DNA of 64,000 nucleotides from Pseudogymnoascus verrucosus (Eukaryota): assembly GCA_001662655.1 (NCBI GenBank), contig KV460262.1. One strand, 5' to 3'. The notes beneath the pieces were generated by a model that saw nothing but the letters and a program-made list of their open reading frames with translations, ran no database searches and was not told the origin of the DNA. Numbering within the stretch: the stretch's first letter is position 1; every line of letters starts with the position of its first letter. A program made the position numbers and the translations under genes. Shown here in pieces: positions 10,368 to 21,399 of this stretch.

Positions 10368-13300
10368 ATGGTTGTCGGCGGCTTGTGGAGGTCGACGTCT
10401 TTCTTGACTCACTCGCCTATCTTCTGCACCGTCGAATCCACACGTATCCTCCCTCGTTATACCCAGAGACTCACTGCGCCAAGATCTTCGAGACGATCAC
10501 CGATACACTTAATCGCCGGAGGAAGACGATTTTCGGGCAATATGGCCAGCGAGACGGCCCAAGAGTGGCCCGCGCCACTGGTGAGGAAGACGTTCCTGCA
10601 GTATTTTGCCGACAGACAGCACGAGATTGGTATGTAAAGAGCCGTTTTCTTCTCTGCGCCGCGATTTCAGTGATTATATGGAGGATTACAAAACCGAATA
10701 TCGCCGCATCGAAGTTGGACAGTCAAATTTAAGGTTCCTTTGTCGTCATTCGAGCTGCCCTAAGCTTTTGACTGAGCCGCGCCGCGGGGAAACATACCCC
10801 ACCATGCACATAAAGAATGAGGATTTGGGGTTCACAACCACGAATTTTTATATATCTGGGCCCAAATTGTTTGAAATTACTATGTCTATATGCTATGATT
10901 GCTTTATTTATGCTTCAGGACGTTGTTTGTTCGAGATAATCTGCTAATACCTGCCGCGCAGTTTCTTCCGCCTCGGTGGTGCCACACAATGATGCTACCC
11001 TCCTGTTTGCGAATGCTGGTATGAACCAGTTCAAGCCTATCTTCCTGGGTACAGTTGGAGCCACCGAAGCATTTGCCAGCATGAAGCGTGCTGTTGATAC
11101 CCAGAAGGTGAGCTACACCACCCCCCCAGCGACTGGCATAATCACGTGAATTCAAGCTGATTATCTTTTTAGTGTATTAGAGCAGGTGGAAAACACAATG
11201 TAAGGCATACTGGCTACTTGCGAAAGGCAAATTACTTATAGAATTCACTACAGGATCTCGACGATGTTGGAAAAGACTCCTACCATCACGTAAGTGAGAC
11301 ACAGATTGCTCTCTGCCAGCCGTACTAACATACGAGTAGACATTTTTCGAGATGTTGGGCAACTGGTCTTTTGGGGACTACTTCAAGAAGGAGACCATCG
11401 AGTTCTCTTGGGAACTGTTGACCAAGGTCTTTAAGTTAGATCCGGACCGTCTCTATGTGACTTATTTCGAGGGCGACAAAGACCTTGGCCTCGAGGCTGA
11501 TTTGGAGGCCAAGGAGCTCTGGATGGCAGTTGGTGTTGCCGAAGACCACATTTTGCCAGGAGACATTAAAGATAACTTCTGGGAGATGGGAGAGACCGGA
11601 CCATGTGGACCCTGCAGTGAAATCCACTTTGATAGAATTGGTGGCCGAAACGCCGCCAGTCTAGTCAACCAGGATGACCCAAATGTGCTTGAGATTTGGA
11701 ACAACGTCTTCATGCAATTCGACAGGCAAAAGGACAGGTCCTTGAAGGTTCTTCCCGCCAGGCATATTGATACCGGCATGGGCTTTGAGCGCCTCGTGTC
11801 TATTCTCCAGGACAAGACTTCCAACTACGCCACTGACGTTTTCACCCCGTTATTCGCCAAAATCCATGAGGTTACCCAAGCTCGACCATACACTGATAAG
11901 TATGGCAAGGATGATACCGACGGAATCGACACCGCATACCGCGTGATTGCGGATCATGTGCGTCTCCTCACATTTGCTATCTCTGATGGAGCAGTTCCAA
12001 ACAACGAGGGCCGTGGTTACGTTGTCCGCCGCGTTCTCCGCAGAGGATCGCGCTATGCCAGGAAATACTTCAATGCCGATATTGGAAACTTTTTCTCCCG
12101 GATTCTGCCAGCTTTGGTCGAGCAGATGGGCGAACAATTCCCCGAAATTGTCAGGATGCAGTCTGAGGTTGCTGAAATTCTGGACGAGGAGGAAGCTCAA
12201 TTTGCCAGGACCTTGGATAACGGCGAAAAGATGTTTGAGAGATTTGCTACAAGAGCAATCAAGTCTGGCACTAACCGCCTCACCGGAGACGAGGTCTGGC
12301 GCCTGTATGACACTTACGGTTTCCCCGAAGATTTGACCAAGATTATGGCCGATGAGCGTAGCATTGGCTACAATGACGAAGAGATCGAAATTGCAAGGCT
12401 GAAGGCTCGCGAAGCAAGCAAGTCTACAAAGGAGGGTGTCATTGCATTCGCCAAGCTGGATGTCCATCAGATCGCTGAGCTAAACAAGTCCGAGGTACCA
12501 CCAACTATCGACGACGCAAAGTACACTGGCAACGTTACTACCGGTAAAGTCAAGTTCATCTATGATGGCAAGGACTTCCTGAAATCCACCAAGGAGTTGG
12601 TAGCTGGTCAAAACTTTGGGTTGATGTTAGATCGTACCAATTTCTACGCTGAGTCTGGTGGCCAAGTTGCCGACGTCGGTAGAATTGGTATTGATGGCGG
12701 GGCTGAGTTCAAGGTTGTTGATGTCCAGGCATACGGTGGCTACATTCTTCACAACGGATTCCTAGAGCAGGGAGAGCTTTCGGCTGGTGACGAGGTCACA
12801 CTTGAATATGACGAAATCAGGAGGCAACCCATTCGCAACAACCATACCGGAACCCATATCTTGAACCACTCCCTGAGAGAAGTTCTCGGCGATGAGGTGC
12901 ACCAGAAGGGATCCTTGGTCGATGCGGAAAAGCTCCGCTTCGATTTCTCTAACAAGGTTCAGCTTACTTTGCCAGAGCTGCAAAAGATTGAGGATTTCTC
13001 AAACTCGTACATCAGGCAAAACTGCAAGATTTACTCCAAGGATGTCCAGCTTGAGGAGGCGCAGGGTATTGTCGGTCTCCGCGCTGTGTTTGGCGAGACC
13101 TACCCCAACCCCGTCCGCGTAGTCTCTGTCGGTGTTGATGTTGACACCTTGCTTGCTGACCCAAAGAATGAGGAGTGGCGCAAGGTCAGCGTCGAGTTCT
13201 GCGGTGGCACACACGTGGACCAGACCGGAGAGATCAAGGACCTCATCATTGTTGAGGAGAGCGGTATCGCAAAGGGTATCCGCCGTATTATTGCGTACAC

Positions 13301-13977
13301 TGGACAGGCCGCCCGCCAAGTCCAGCTCGCTGCAAAGGACTTTTCACAGAGGCTCGACGCCCTCGAGGCACTGCCATACGGACCTGAGAAGGAGCGCGAA
13401 ATCAAGGCCATCTCTTCCGACCTCAATGGTCTCAGGATCTCCACTCTCACCAAGGAGCAACTCCGTGAACGCTTCAGCAAGGAGTCGAAGAAGGTTGTTG
13501 ACGAGCAAAAGAAGCGCCAGAAGGCTGAGTCTAGCACTGCTACCGATGCAGTGAAGGCCTACTTCAAGGACCCGGAGAACAAGGATAAGACTTTCTACGT
13601 TGCGAGGTTACCCATTTCTGCCAACAGCAAGGCTATCAGCGATGTTATCAACTACTGCAAGAAGGAGGCGAAGGATAAGACGGTTTACGTCTTTGCTGGA
13701 GGCGAGGAGCATGGAGCCGTTATTCACGGTGTCTATGTTGGAACTGTAAGCAAAATTGTCCACGATCTTCTTATCTATGCATGCTAACCACTTCACTACA
13801 CAGGCCCATGCTACGGATGTTCTCGCTGAAGATTGGTCAGGGGCCGTAGTTGATATTCTTGGCGGCAAGTCTGGCGGCAAGCAGCCAACGCGCCAAGGAC
13901 AGGGTGAGAAGCCCGAGAAGATTGACGAGGCTGTCGATGCTGCTACCAAGTGGCTTGAAAGCAAGTTGAAGATCTAA
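10368..13977 (+). CDS. ALA1: Alanyl-tRNA synthetase (cytosolic start at 10542; upstream in-frame ATG at 10368 likely gives the mitochondrial isoform)
   Basis: Motifs [56 protein letters not shown] and editing-domain NHTGTH...EFCGGTH. Introns at 10630-10961, 11108-11172, 11200-11253, 11290-11339, 13746-13803. Confidence 0.97.
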
Positions 13978-14205
13978 GCGTCGTTCATACTCATATATGT
14001 GGGGTGAATTCAACGGACCAATCATGGTGTAAATTATCACAACGAAGATAGAAATATACTGTCTGTTGTAATTGCAGAGGATACTGTGGTGCAATTTCGT
14101 GCTGGCTTTGTGATACCATCAAATAGACTTTTCCCAAATAACGCTCCGCCAATTACTCCCTCTGCCTGTAGTTGAACCAGCCGCCAGTCTCGACTATGGG
14201 CATAA

Positions 14206-14808
14206 TTAAGAGTTCGGTGTCATCCGTTCTGTCCTTATATTTGCCTTTTCAACGTCATCGATTTCTTCTTTTGATAAGCCTCCCCTACTTAAAACCTTTC
14301 GAAGAACCGCGTCTTTCCCATCCACATAGTCTGAAAGTGTTGCATGATCGTCTTTCGCCAGCTCCATTTTCACCCTCGAATACTCCTCTCTGAGCTCGCG
14401 ATCGTTTCTCAGCGCCTCTCTCACAGCAAGATGATTCTTTAATGATAGGGAACCTGGCCCACAAATGTACACATTCCGCCGAATCTCCCCGGTCATTTGC
14501 TCTTCAGTGCCTTTGACGTGGCCCTGGTGGTTATTGTATCGGAACGAATATCGGTCAAGGGACGCTGTCTCCTCGTGATAAGTGTACCCATTGAGCTCGA
14601 GTGCAGTTGTAGCGGCCGTGATATCTTCTTCTGCAACAACGATGTCTATGTCTATGACGGGTTTTGCAGCCATTCCTAGCACGGATGTACTCCCAACATG
14701 CTCAATACTGATGACCTTGACGGTTGTCAACGCGGCGGAGAGGGCAGCTCGAATTGTTGAAAATTCCGTCACCCAGGACTCGTCGTATGGCAAAATGGTC
14801 ACACGCAT
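14206..14808 (-). CDS. GrpB/UPF0157-family nucleotidyltransferase-fold protein
   Basis: Intronless 200-aa ORF with PYDESW, IEHVGSTSVLGMAAKPVIDIDIVV and HLAVREALR...EEYSRVK...YVDGK signatures. Confidence 0.88.
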   Translation of the reverse strand: MRVTILPYDESWVTEFSTIRAALSAALTTVKVISIEHVGSTSVLGMAAKPVIDIDIVVAEEDITAATTALELNGYTYHEETASLDRYSFRYNNHQGHVKGTEEQMTGEIRRNVYICGPGSLSLKNHLAVREALRNDRELREEYSRVKMELAKDDHATLSDYVDGKDAVLRKVLSRGGLSKEEIDDVEKANIRTERMTPNS

Positions 14809-15260
14809 CTTGCGGTCTAAATGCTGCAGGTTTCAGTCTGTGATCGATGGTCTTGGACGTCGTTGACTCATACAGAAGGGAAAGGCGCTGTCGACGGTTC
14901 TGTCCGGAATTCTTGGTATGATATCAAATAAAGTCACTCACATGCCTTTCCTAAATCAGTAGATCTTCGTAATTAAAGATGGCTATCAGTGAACTTGGGT
15001 ATTGAATTCGAAAATGCGACAGCCAGCTCCAGTGGTTGGTATATTTTGTTTGGGCACTTGGCGCCAAATCTTTCTACGCAAGCACAGTGTTATAAATACG
15101 GCCATTCGGCACCCACCAAGCCATCATATACGGATAGTGATCCTACAGCATTGCATGTCACCAACGTATGCAGTTTAAGTGATGAAAATGCGGTGGTGTT
15201 TGCCATGGGTATCATCATACTATTCCAACTGACCCCCTATATATACATAAATAATACATC

Positions 15261-16870
15261 TTACACAGTAGTCATGACACTAGCATTCTTATACCAAGTC
15301 AACAACGGGTTCTCGCCGCTCTTCGTTTCCGTCCCTTCCACATCCGCCCATCTCTGTAGGAACTCCTCGTGCGAGAGGACGCGGGTGAGCTTGCCGGTCA
15401 GTGCTTGGTACACGTTTTCCATGACTGTGAAGTCTGTGGGGAAGAGGATATCGAAGTAGCCTTGGTGAACCTATTTCATGTCAGAGATCTATCATAATGC
15501 CACGCATTGGATAGGAACTTACGAGGGGTGTTGTAACAGGCACAGTCGTCCTTTGATATCTCGTTTGCACGACCGGAGCATTAACCCCCTTGATTGTGTC
15601 CGGCAGGGAGTGGAAATCGCTCGTCACCAGCTTGTGCTGGGGGAAATACTTGGCTAGGATATCGAACATCTGCATCAATCTTGTCGGGATATATTCTGGA
15701 TCCGACAGGTTAGGCATGAAGGGGAGCTTCGTCTTCAACCCACGGATGAAACGGCTCGATGATAAAGGATGCGGATAGCGTCCCCCAGTGGCAGCATGCC
15801 TTACGCGAAGGAAGCGCGCGGCGACTGGATCTATTGACGGCGAGTAAAACTCATGGAAGTCTCCTTGGCCGTCAATGAGCACAGTCCCCTGCATCGGGTC
15901 CTCGGTCACTGGGTCGTAGCGAATAGCATCGTGTGCAAAGTTATCGAATACTTCCATAGCGACGAAATAGCATGGCGAAGGGACCGTCTGGTTCCACTCA
16001 AAGATCGACTTGTTGATAATCTCCACCTTGGAGTGGTGACCCCTCGAATCCGCAGTTTTGACCAACTGCTTTGCCTGCAGCGACGCAAGGTTGGACGAAA
16101 TCTCAATAATCTTGTATTTCGTGCGGTTGTATACGTCTGGCTCGGTTTCGCGGATATGGTCGAGGATATTGAGCATGAGTGTTCCGTTACCAGCGCCCAT
16201 CTCGTAGATGATTAGGTCGTGGTAGGGGAACTGAGAGATCTTGTAGTTTGCAACCAAGTACCGCGCAATGGCTTCTCCGTAGTATGGGGCAAACAGTTCG
16301 GTCGGTGTATGCCACAGCTGCCGCGTCTCATTGTACTGGACACGATCTAGCTTATCCTCAAAATCGGTGTATTTTTGGCCCAGCAAGCGATGGAACTCCG
16401 GCTCGTCTTGGATATTGAGGAAATCGAAGGGCTCATCGGGGGTGAAGATGACAACCTGTTTCGAGAAGTAGCCATAGGATGGATTATATAGACTGTCTGT
16501 ATTCATGATTAGATATAGTTTCGGCGCGGATGTGAACCTACGAACCTTCTATGAAGTCTCGCGTGAGCATCTTCACCCGCGTCGGCCGCTCCCTCCTGGT
16601 CTTCAATTGCTCCGACGTAACCATAGGATACTTGCTGAACTCGTGTGACATGTTCTGAGGCAACAGATCAGTCCTCTGCTGCCAGTTGCTCTCGCTATTT
16701 GAGCCCTCGCTGCTTGACACTGCTCTCCTTCCCGCTGTCCATGTTTTCCCCTGGCCGCCGCGGGCGTGGTGCCCCAGCCTCAATGGTAGAGTCGAATGCC
16801 GGCGCACAGCTTCGCAGGCTCTGTGCCTGAAGAGCTGCCGAAACAGCTGCGTTACAACTGGGGAGTCCAT
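15261..16870 (-). CDS. Mitochondrial SAM-dependent methyltransferase, MidA/NDUFAF7 (DUF185)-like
   Basis: Arg-rich presequence, MLTRDFIE|DSLYNPSYGYF, WHTPTELF, SAM motif IYEMGAGNGTL, AMEVFDN. Three exons; the last ends NPLLTWYKNASVMTTV*. Confidence 0.88.
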
Positions 16871-17108
16871 GGGGGCGTGAACTTTCCGATTTCTGTGTGA
16901 AGCTCAACGGTTTGCGCGGGACGCATTTCGGGGTCGTGGACATTGGTCCGAGCTTCTACCCGCTTTCGTCAACCGCAACTTTTATATCTACCTCAAGCGC
17001 CTTCTCACTTGCGCCTGTCGTCATTGTTTCGCGCCCAAGCTTAGGACGTAAACAGTCAATCTTTTTCTTCTATAATATTTATGATGTTACGACTATATTG
17101 AATCTGCA

Positions 17109-18446
17109 ATGTCAGTTTCTAACCACCCAAAGGCCTACACATCGGCCGCGCTCGTTGTCGCCTTCACTGCCGGCATCTGTCTCACATTGGGCTTCAAAGA
17201 CCTATATCCCGACCTTCAAAGACGTTTCGAGCAACGAAAGCGCTCAAAGAATGCCGCCCTCTACGGACATCGCGAATCCTCCTTCCTGCCACCTGTCGAG
17301 CTCGAAGACCACACAAAACCCCAAACCCCAGGGCCCGACAGCCCCACGCCACCCACAATCCAAATTGGCGTCGAAGGTCTAATCGGGCAAACCAAGCTCG
17401 TGAGGATCAAGTCTCTATCCGAAGCAACAGGCTGTGAAATTGTCGCCAAAGCAGAGCTGCTGAATGGCGCCGGAAACAGCCCGAAAGATAGGGTGGCCCT
17501 ACATATGATCGAGGTCGCCGAGAAGGAGGGGCTATTGACGCCATACAACGGGGATACTATATACGAAGGCACAGTCGGTTCCACTGGCATATCTCTTGCG
17601 GTCCTGGCAAGGGCTAAAGGCTATAAATGCCACATCTGCATGCCGTCAGACATGTCAATGGAGAAAGTCGAGCTGTTGCACCACCTCGGCGCAACAGTCG
17701 AGCGCGTCTCCCCCGCACCTATCACGAGCCAAGACCACTTCGTGAATCTAGCTCGGCGCCGGGCCGAAGAGCATGCAGATAAATGGATGGATGGGAGCAA
17801 GGGTTTCTTTGCCAACCAATTCGAGAGTAAGGCGAATTGGACGGCCCATTTCGAGACTACCGGCCCAGAAGTGTTTGAGCAGACACAAGGAGATATTGCG
17901 GCATTTGTCTCTGGTGCAGGGACGGGAGGGACGATCAGCGGTGTTGCATGCTATTTGAAGCAGGAGGTTGGATTGAAGGATGTTTCAATCGTGCTCGCTG
18001 ATCCCCAGGGAAGTGGATTGTATAACAAAGTCAAGTTCGGCGTGATGTACTCCAGCCATGAGCGAGAGGGTACTAGAAGGCGCCAGCAAGTCGATACGAT
18101 GGTTGAGGGCATCGGAATTAATCGTCTTACGAACAATTTTGAGAAGGGCATGGAGTTGATCGATGACGCCATCAAAGTGACGGATACACAAGCCATGAGA
18201 ATGGCCAGATGGCTGGTGGAGAAGGATGGAATCTTCATTGGAAGCAGCAGTGCTGTCAACTGCGTGGCAGCAGTGTCTACTGCGCTGAGATTAAAGAAAG
18301 AGGGCAAGGGAGGAAGGGTAGTCACAGTACTCTGTGACAGCGGGAATAGACACCTCAGCAAATTCTGGAAAGAGATTGCGAGTCAAGGTCTGGAAGAGGA
18401 GCATGGAAACCTGGGACTTCTTGAACTTCTTGAGCTCGAATCATGA
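17109..18446 (+). CDS. PLP-dependent cysteine synthase-like protein with N-terminal membrane anchor
   Basis: KAELLNGAGNSPKDRVA (PLP lysine), EGTVGSTGISLA, SGAGTGGTISG, GIFIGSSSAVN, VVTVLCDSG. N-terminal hydrophobic segment AALVVAFTAGICLTLGF. Confidence 0.92.
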   Translation: MSVSNHPKAYTSAALVVAFTAGICLTLGFKDLYPDLQRRFEQRKRSKNAALYGHRESSFLPPVELEDHTKPQTPGPDSPTPPTIQIGVEGLIGQTKLVRIKSLSEATGCEIVAKAELLNGAGNSPKDRVALHMIEVAEKEGLLTPYNGDTIYEGTVGSTGISLAVLARAKGYKCHICMPSDMSMEKVELLHHLGATVERVSPAPITSQDHFVNLARRRAEEHADKWMDGSKGFFANQFESKANWTAHFETTGPEVFEQTQGDIAAFVSGAGTGGTISGVACYLKQEVGLKDVSIVLADPQGSGLYNKVKFGVMYSSHEREGTRRRQQVDTMVEGIGINRLTNNFEKGMELIDDAIKVTDTQAMRMARWLVEKDGIFIGSSSAVNCVAAVSTALRLKKEGKGGRVVTVLCDSGNRHLSKFWKEIASQGLEEEHGNLGLLELLELES

Positions 18447-18799
18447 AGGAATCACAGAGTTCAGGGCCGTGAGAATTGGTAAGTATATAATTCTGGATGT
18501 GGCTCTACTGTGTAGGCCACCTCTATGGTATGCATCCGTATTGCAAACCTTCGCCAGTCAGCCACATCCATGACCTGGCATGCCACAGACTCCAGGGGGG
18601 GCGGGTGAAAACCTGAACTCCTTGCGCCAGAATGCCCTTTGTGTTTATATCAAAATACAGCTGGGTGGCTAAATAGCCAAGATATCTTGCCTGCCACGGA
18701 CATGTGAATTAACGTGATTACTGTCCACGCGGCGGGTCAAAGGAGACGCGGTGTCAAAGAGGGACTACAGCGCATTTGAAGGGCATAGATAGAACGAGC

Positions 18800-19884
18800 T
18801 CATGAGAACTAGAATGTAAGGTCAGCTTCAAATAGTTCATAATTAACTGCGTGCACAAGTGCAAAACAGCTAAACATACCTTCCAGCGATTTCCGCAGAC
18901 TGTGCACTCGCAAAACGTCGTCATAGGTTCATCAGCAGACCTCGTCTGTGCCTGACTGTAGCTGACTTTCTTCTGTCCGCATCTTCCGCACTTAAGCGCA
19001 TCACTGATGCTCCTCTCCGCCATCGGTACTTGTGCTCTCTTCATGTTGTCTTTCTGGAGCTCGTCATCTTCCTTCTTGCGCTCAGCAGACTTCAGCTCGT
19101 CATGGGTCATGACCACGAATTTTTCAGCTGGGATTTCGCCGCTCAAGACTCTTGGACCTAATTCCTTGTTTTGCTTGTTCTTGAGGTTCTGGAAGAGAGA
19201 GCGCATCTTGGCACGATACTCTGGAGTGTCACCTTTATATTTGGTGAATGCTGCTTTCTCAACTTCCATGGCTTTGAGTATAACTTTGGTAGGGGATGCC
19301 TTTGACATAAATGCGAGGCCGTTGTATAACAGACCGACACAGTTGTCTCGGGTCGGCATGCCGGTGCGCTTAATATCCACCCCATCATCCTGCCACTTGC
19401 GCTTCGATGGGTCGGCACCCTTCCACTCGTCGGACTCTGTGGCTGGCTGTGGTGGGGCTGGCGACGATGCATCGACGTTTTTACTTGGTGAGGCAGTCCC
19501 AGGTTTTGCTCCTCCCACCTTCCTCCTCTTTTCGGCTTCGACTATGGTCTTCCATTTCGAGACGATTTCGGAGGCGAGGCGTGCGACAGCTTTGTCCGGA
19601 TTCGCGCGTTGCTTGGCCACGATCATACCAGCTTTGGTGCTCTATAATAGTATCAGCTCTGGTATGAGACAATATCGGCCCTGTCGCGGGGCTAACGTAT
19701 CGGGATGCACTTGTGTAAGGCCGTCACCGCGCGGAGTGGGGGAACTTACCCTGAGAATGTCTTCCGTTGGCACAACCTCAGCCTTGAGCTTTGTTAAGAT
19801 GTTGATGACATTGTCGGCAGGCTGCTTCTCATTGATCGCTGTCTTCAGCAAATCTAGCTGCTCCTCGATGTCTTTTCTCTGCAT
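18800..19884 (-). CDS. DST1: Transcription elongation factor TFIIS
   Basis: Zn-ribbon CGRC...QAQTRSADEPMTTFCECTVC. Three exons; the terminal coding exon is only 9 nt (TTC TCA TGA, 18808-18800). Confidence 0.95.
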
Positions 19885-21399
19885 CTTGACAAAATCGAAC
19901 TCTGCGCGAGCTAGCACAGTAGATTCACCCGATCTTTCCTTGTGGCTCTGCGCCTGCCAACACCAGTGAAAAGCTGGAAAACAGTAGTATGTACTCAGGT
20001 CACCAGTAACTGAGACCCCAGGGGCGCAAGATAGAAGCTGTGGGAAGTGGAGTTGCTTGCGGCGACGACGACGTTGTGGCGAGGCTGATGAAATAAATAT
20101 AGTTGCTGCATCCGGAATGGCCTCATTGACATCTGTCGCCAGATGATGGACCTGGACTAGCGCCGATTGCGCTTATCGCTTATTGGGTACGTACATACTG
20201 AAGTATACTCTTAGATCTAGGCCCACGCTCGTGATAAGATCAACTCGTCCAAGCGCAGAAATTCATTCCGAGGTCAGTTTACTCTCAAATCAATCTCTTT
20301 TTATGAGTAGTAAGCACAAGTTATTGAGCGTCTTCATTTTAACCACAGTTGACGTAAACGCTTGCTGTGTTCTTGTTCACGCATTTGGGCGGCACGAGCA
20401 TCCCTTGGACCATCAGCGCTATAATCGTCGAGACCAAGCATTACTCCGAATAAAAAGCCTTCCAAATACCCCGAGGTTTTATCGTATTGTATATTCTTTG
20501 TTACTTTTATATTCCCCACTGATTGTGAAAGAAGCTGCATGTGGCACACGATCAGATAAGAATACGCAAGGCTGACACTTTCTCAAGAAACAAAACTACA
20601 GCCTTGTTCGCTCAATGTGGACTTCGACCATTTCAAACCTCACTCCTCCTGAGTAACCTTGAGATGAACTATCCTTAAATAAGAGCGTTAGTGCAATGAA
20701 TATTCCTTCGAAGCTTCACTCACGTACAATGCAGACTCAATTATACAAAATTCGTGGCGAACAGGCCTCTCATACCAGGGGGGTTTCGAAGTTCTCGTAT
20801 GAAACTTGACATGTCTGAGCGCCGGGGTCATGGCAGCTCGGCATGCTTCAGGTCGCCGAGCCTCGCCATCACCAGCAGCAAAGCCATGTCGCAGATGCCC
20901 AGCCTCTCACCACCTTGAGACCAATATCCCGGAAATTTGCAAATGTCGTACGATGCTACTGGTGGATCCCGTTCCCAAGAAGCTCGAAAATATGCGCTGC
21001 CACGCGGACAGGCCTCGCCAGAGCGCGAAGTCTAACGTACTAGATCCCACTACTTACTCAATCAGCCTTCTCATTTGCCCTCATACCCTTCCATAAACAG
21101 GTGAGCGAACTGTTGACGCTGTCGGGGATATTCCGCCCCACAGCCCAGGATCAGAGCCACCTGCACGGCTCCTGTGTGTTTCTTAATCTTATGTCTGCCG
21201 GAGTACATCTCTTACATTGCTGCTCTCCTTCTTTTCCTTCTTGTTTCTTCGGTCTCTTCTTTCTCGCCATTAATCTTCAATTTTGCTTGTCGCGAAGTGC
21301 CGGACACGCATACTACGCTCTTTTTCTAATCGCGGCTGGTCTGTCGACTTCACACTCACTCATTATTTTATTTAAGTTGCAAGTTAATTCGTCCTCAAT

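Noticed and set aside
14206..18446. GrpB + methyltransferase + cysteine synthase as a possible biosynthetic gene cluster
   Set aside because: The latter two look like conserved mitochondrial housekeeping families, and there is no backbone enzyme, transporter or cluster regulator nearby.
20183..21096. Short ORFs between TFIIS and the secreted protein, and similar ones at 14989-15459, 26945-27421, 30236-31008, 32360-33723
   Set aside because: No coding-like composition, domains or coherent splice structure; treated as intergenic or UTR.
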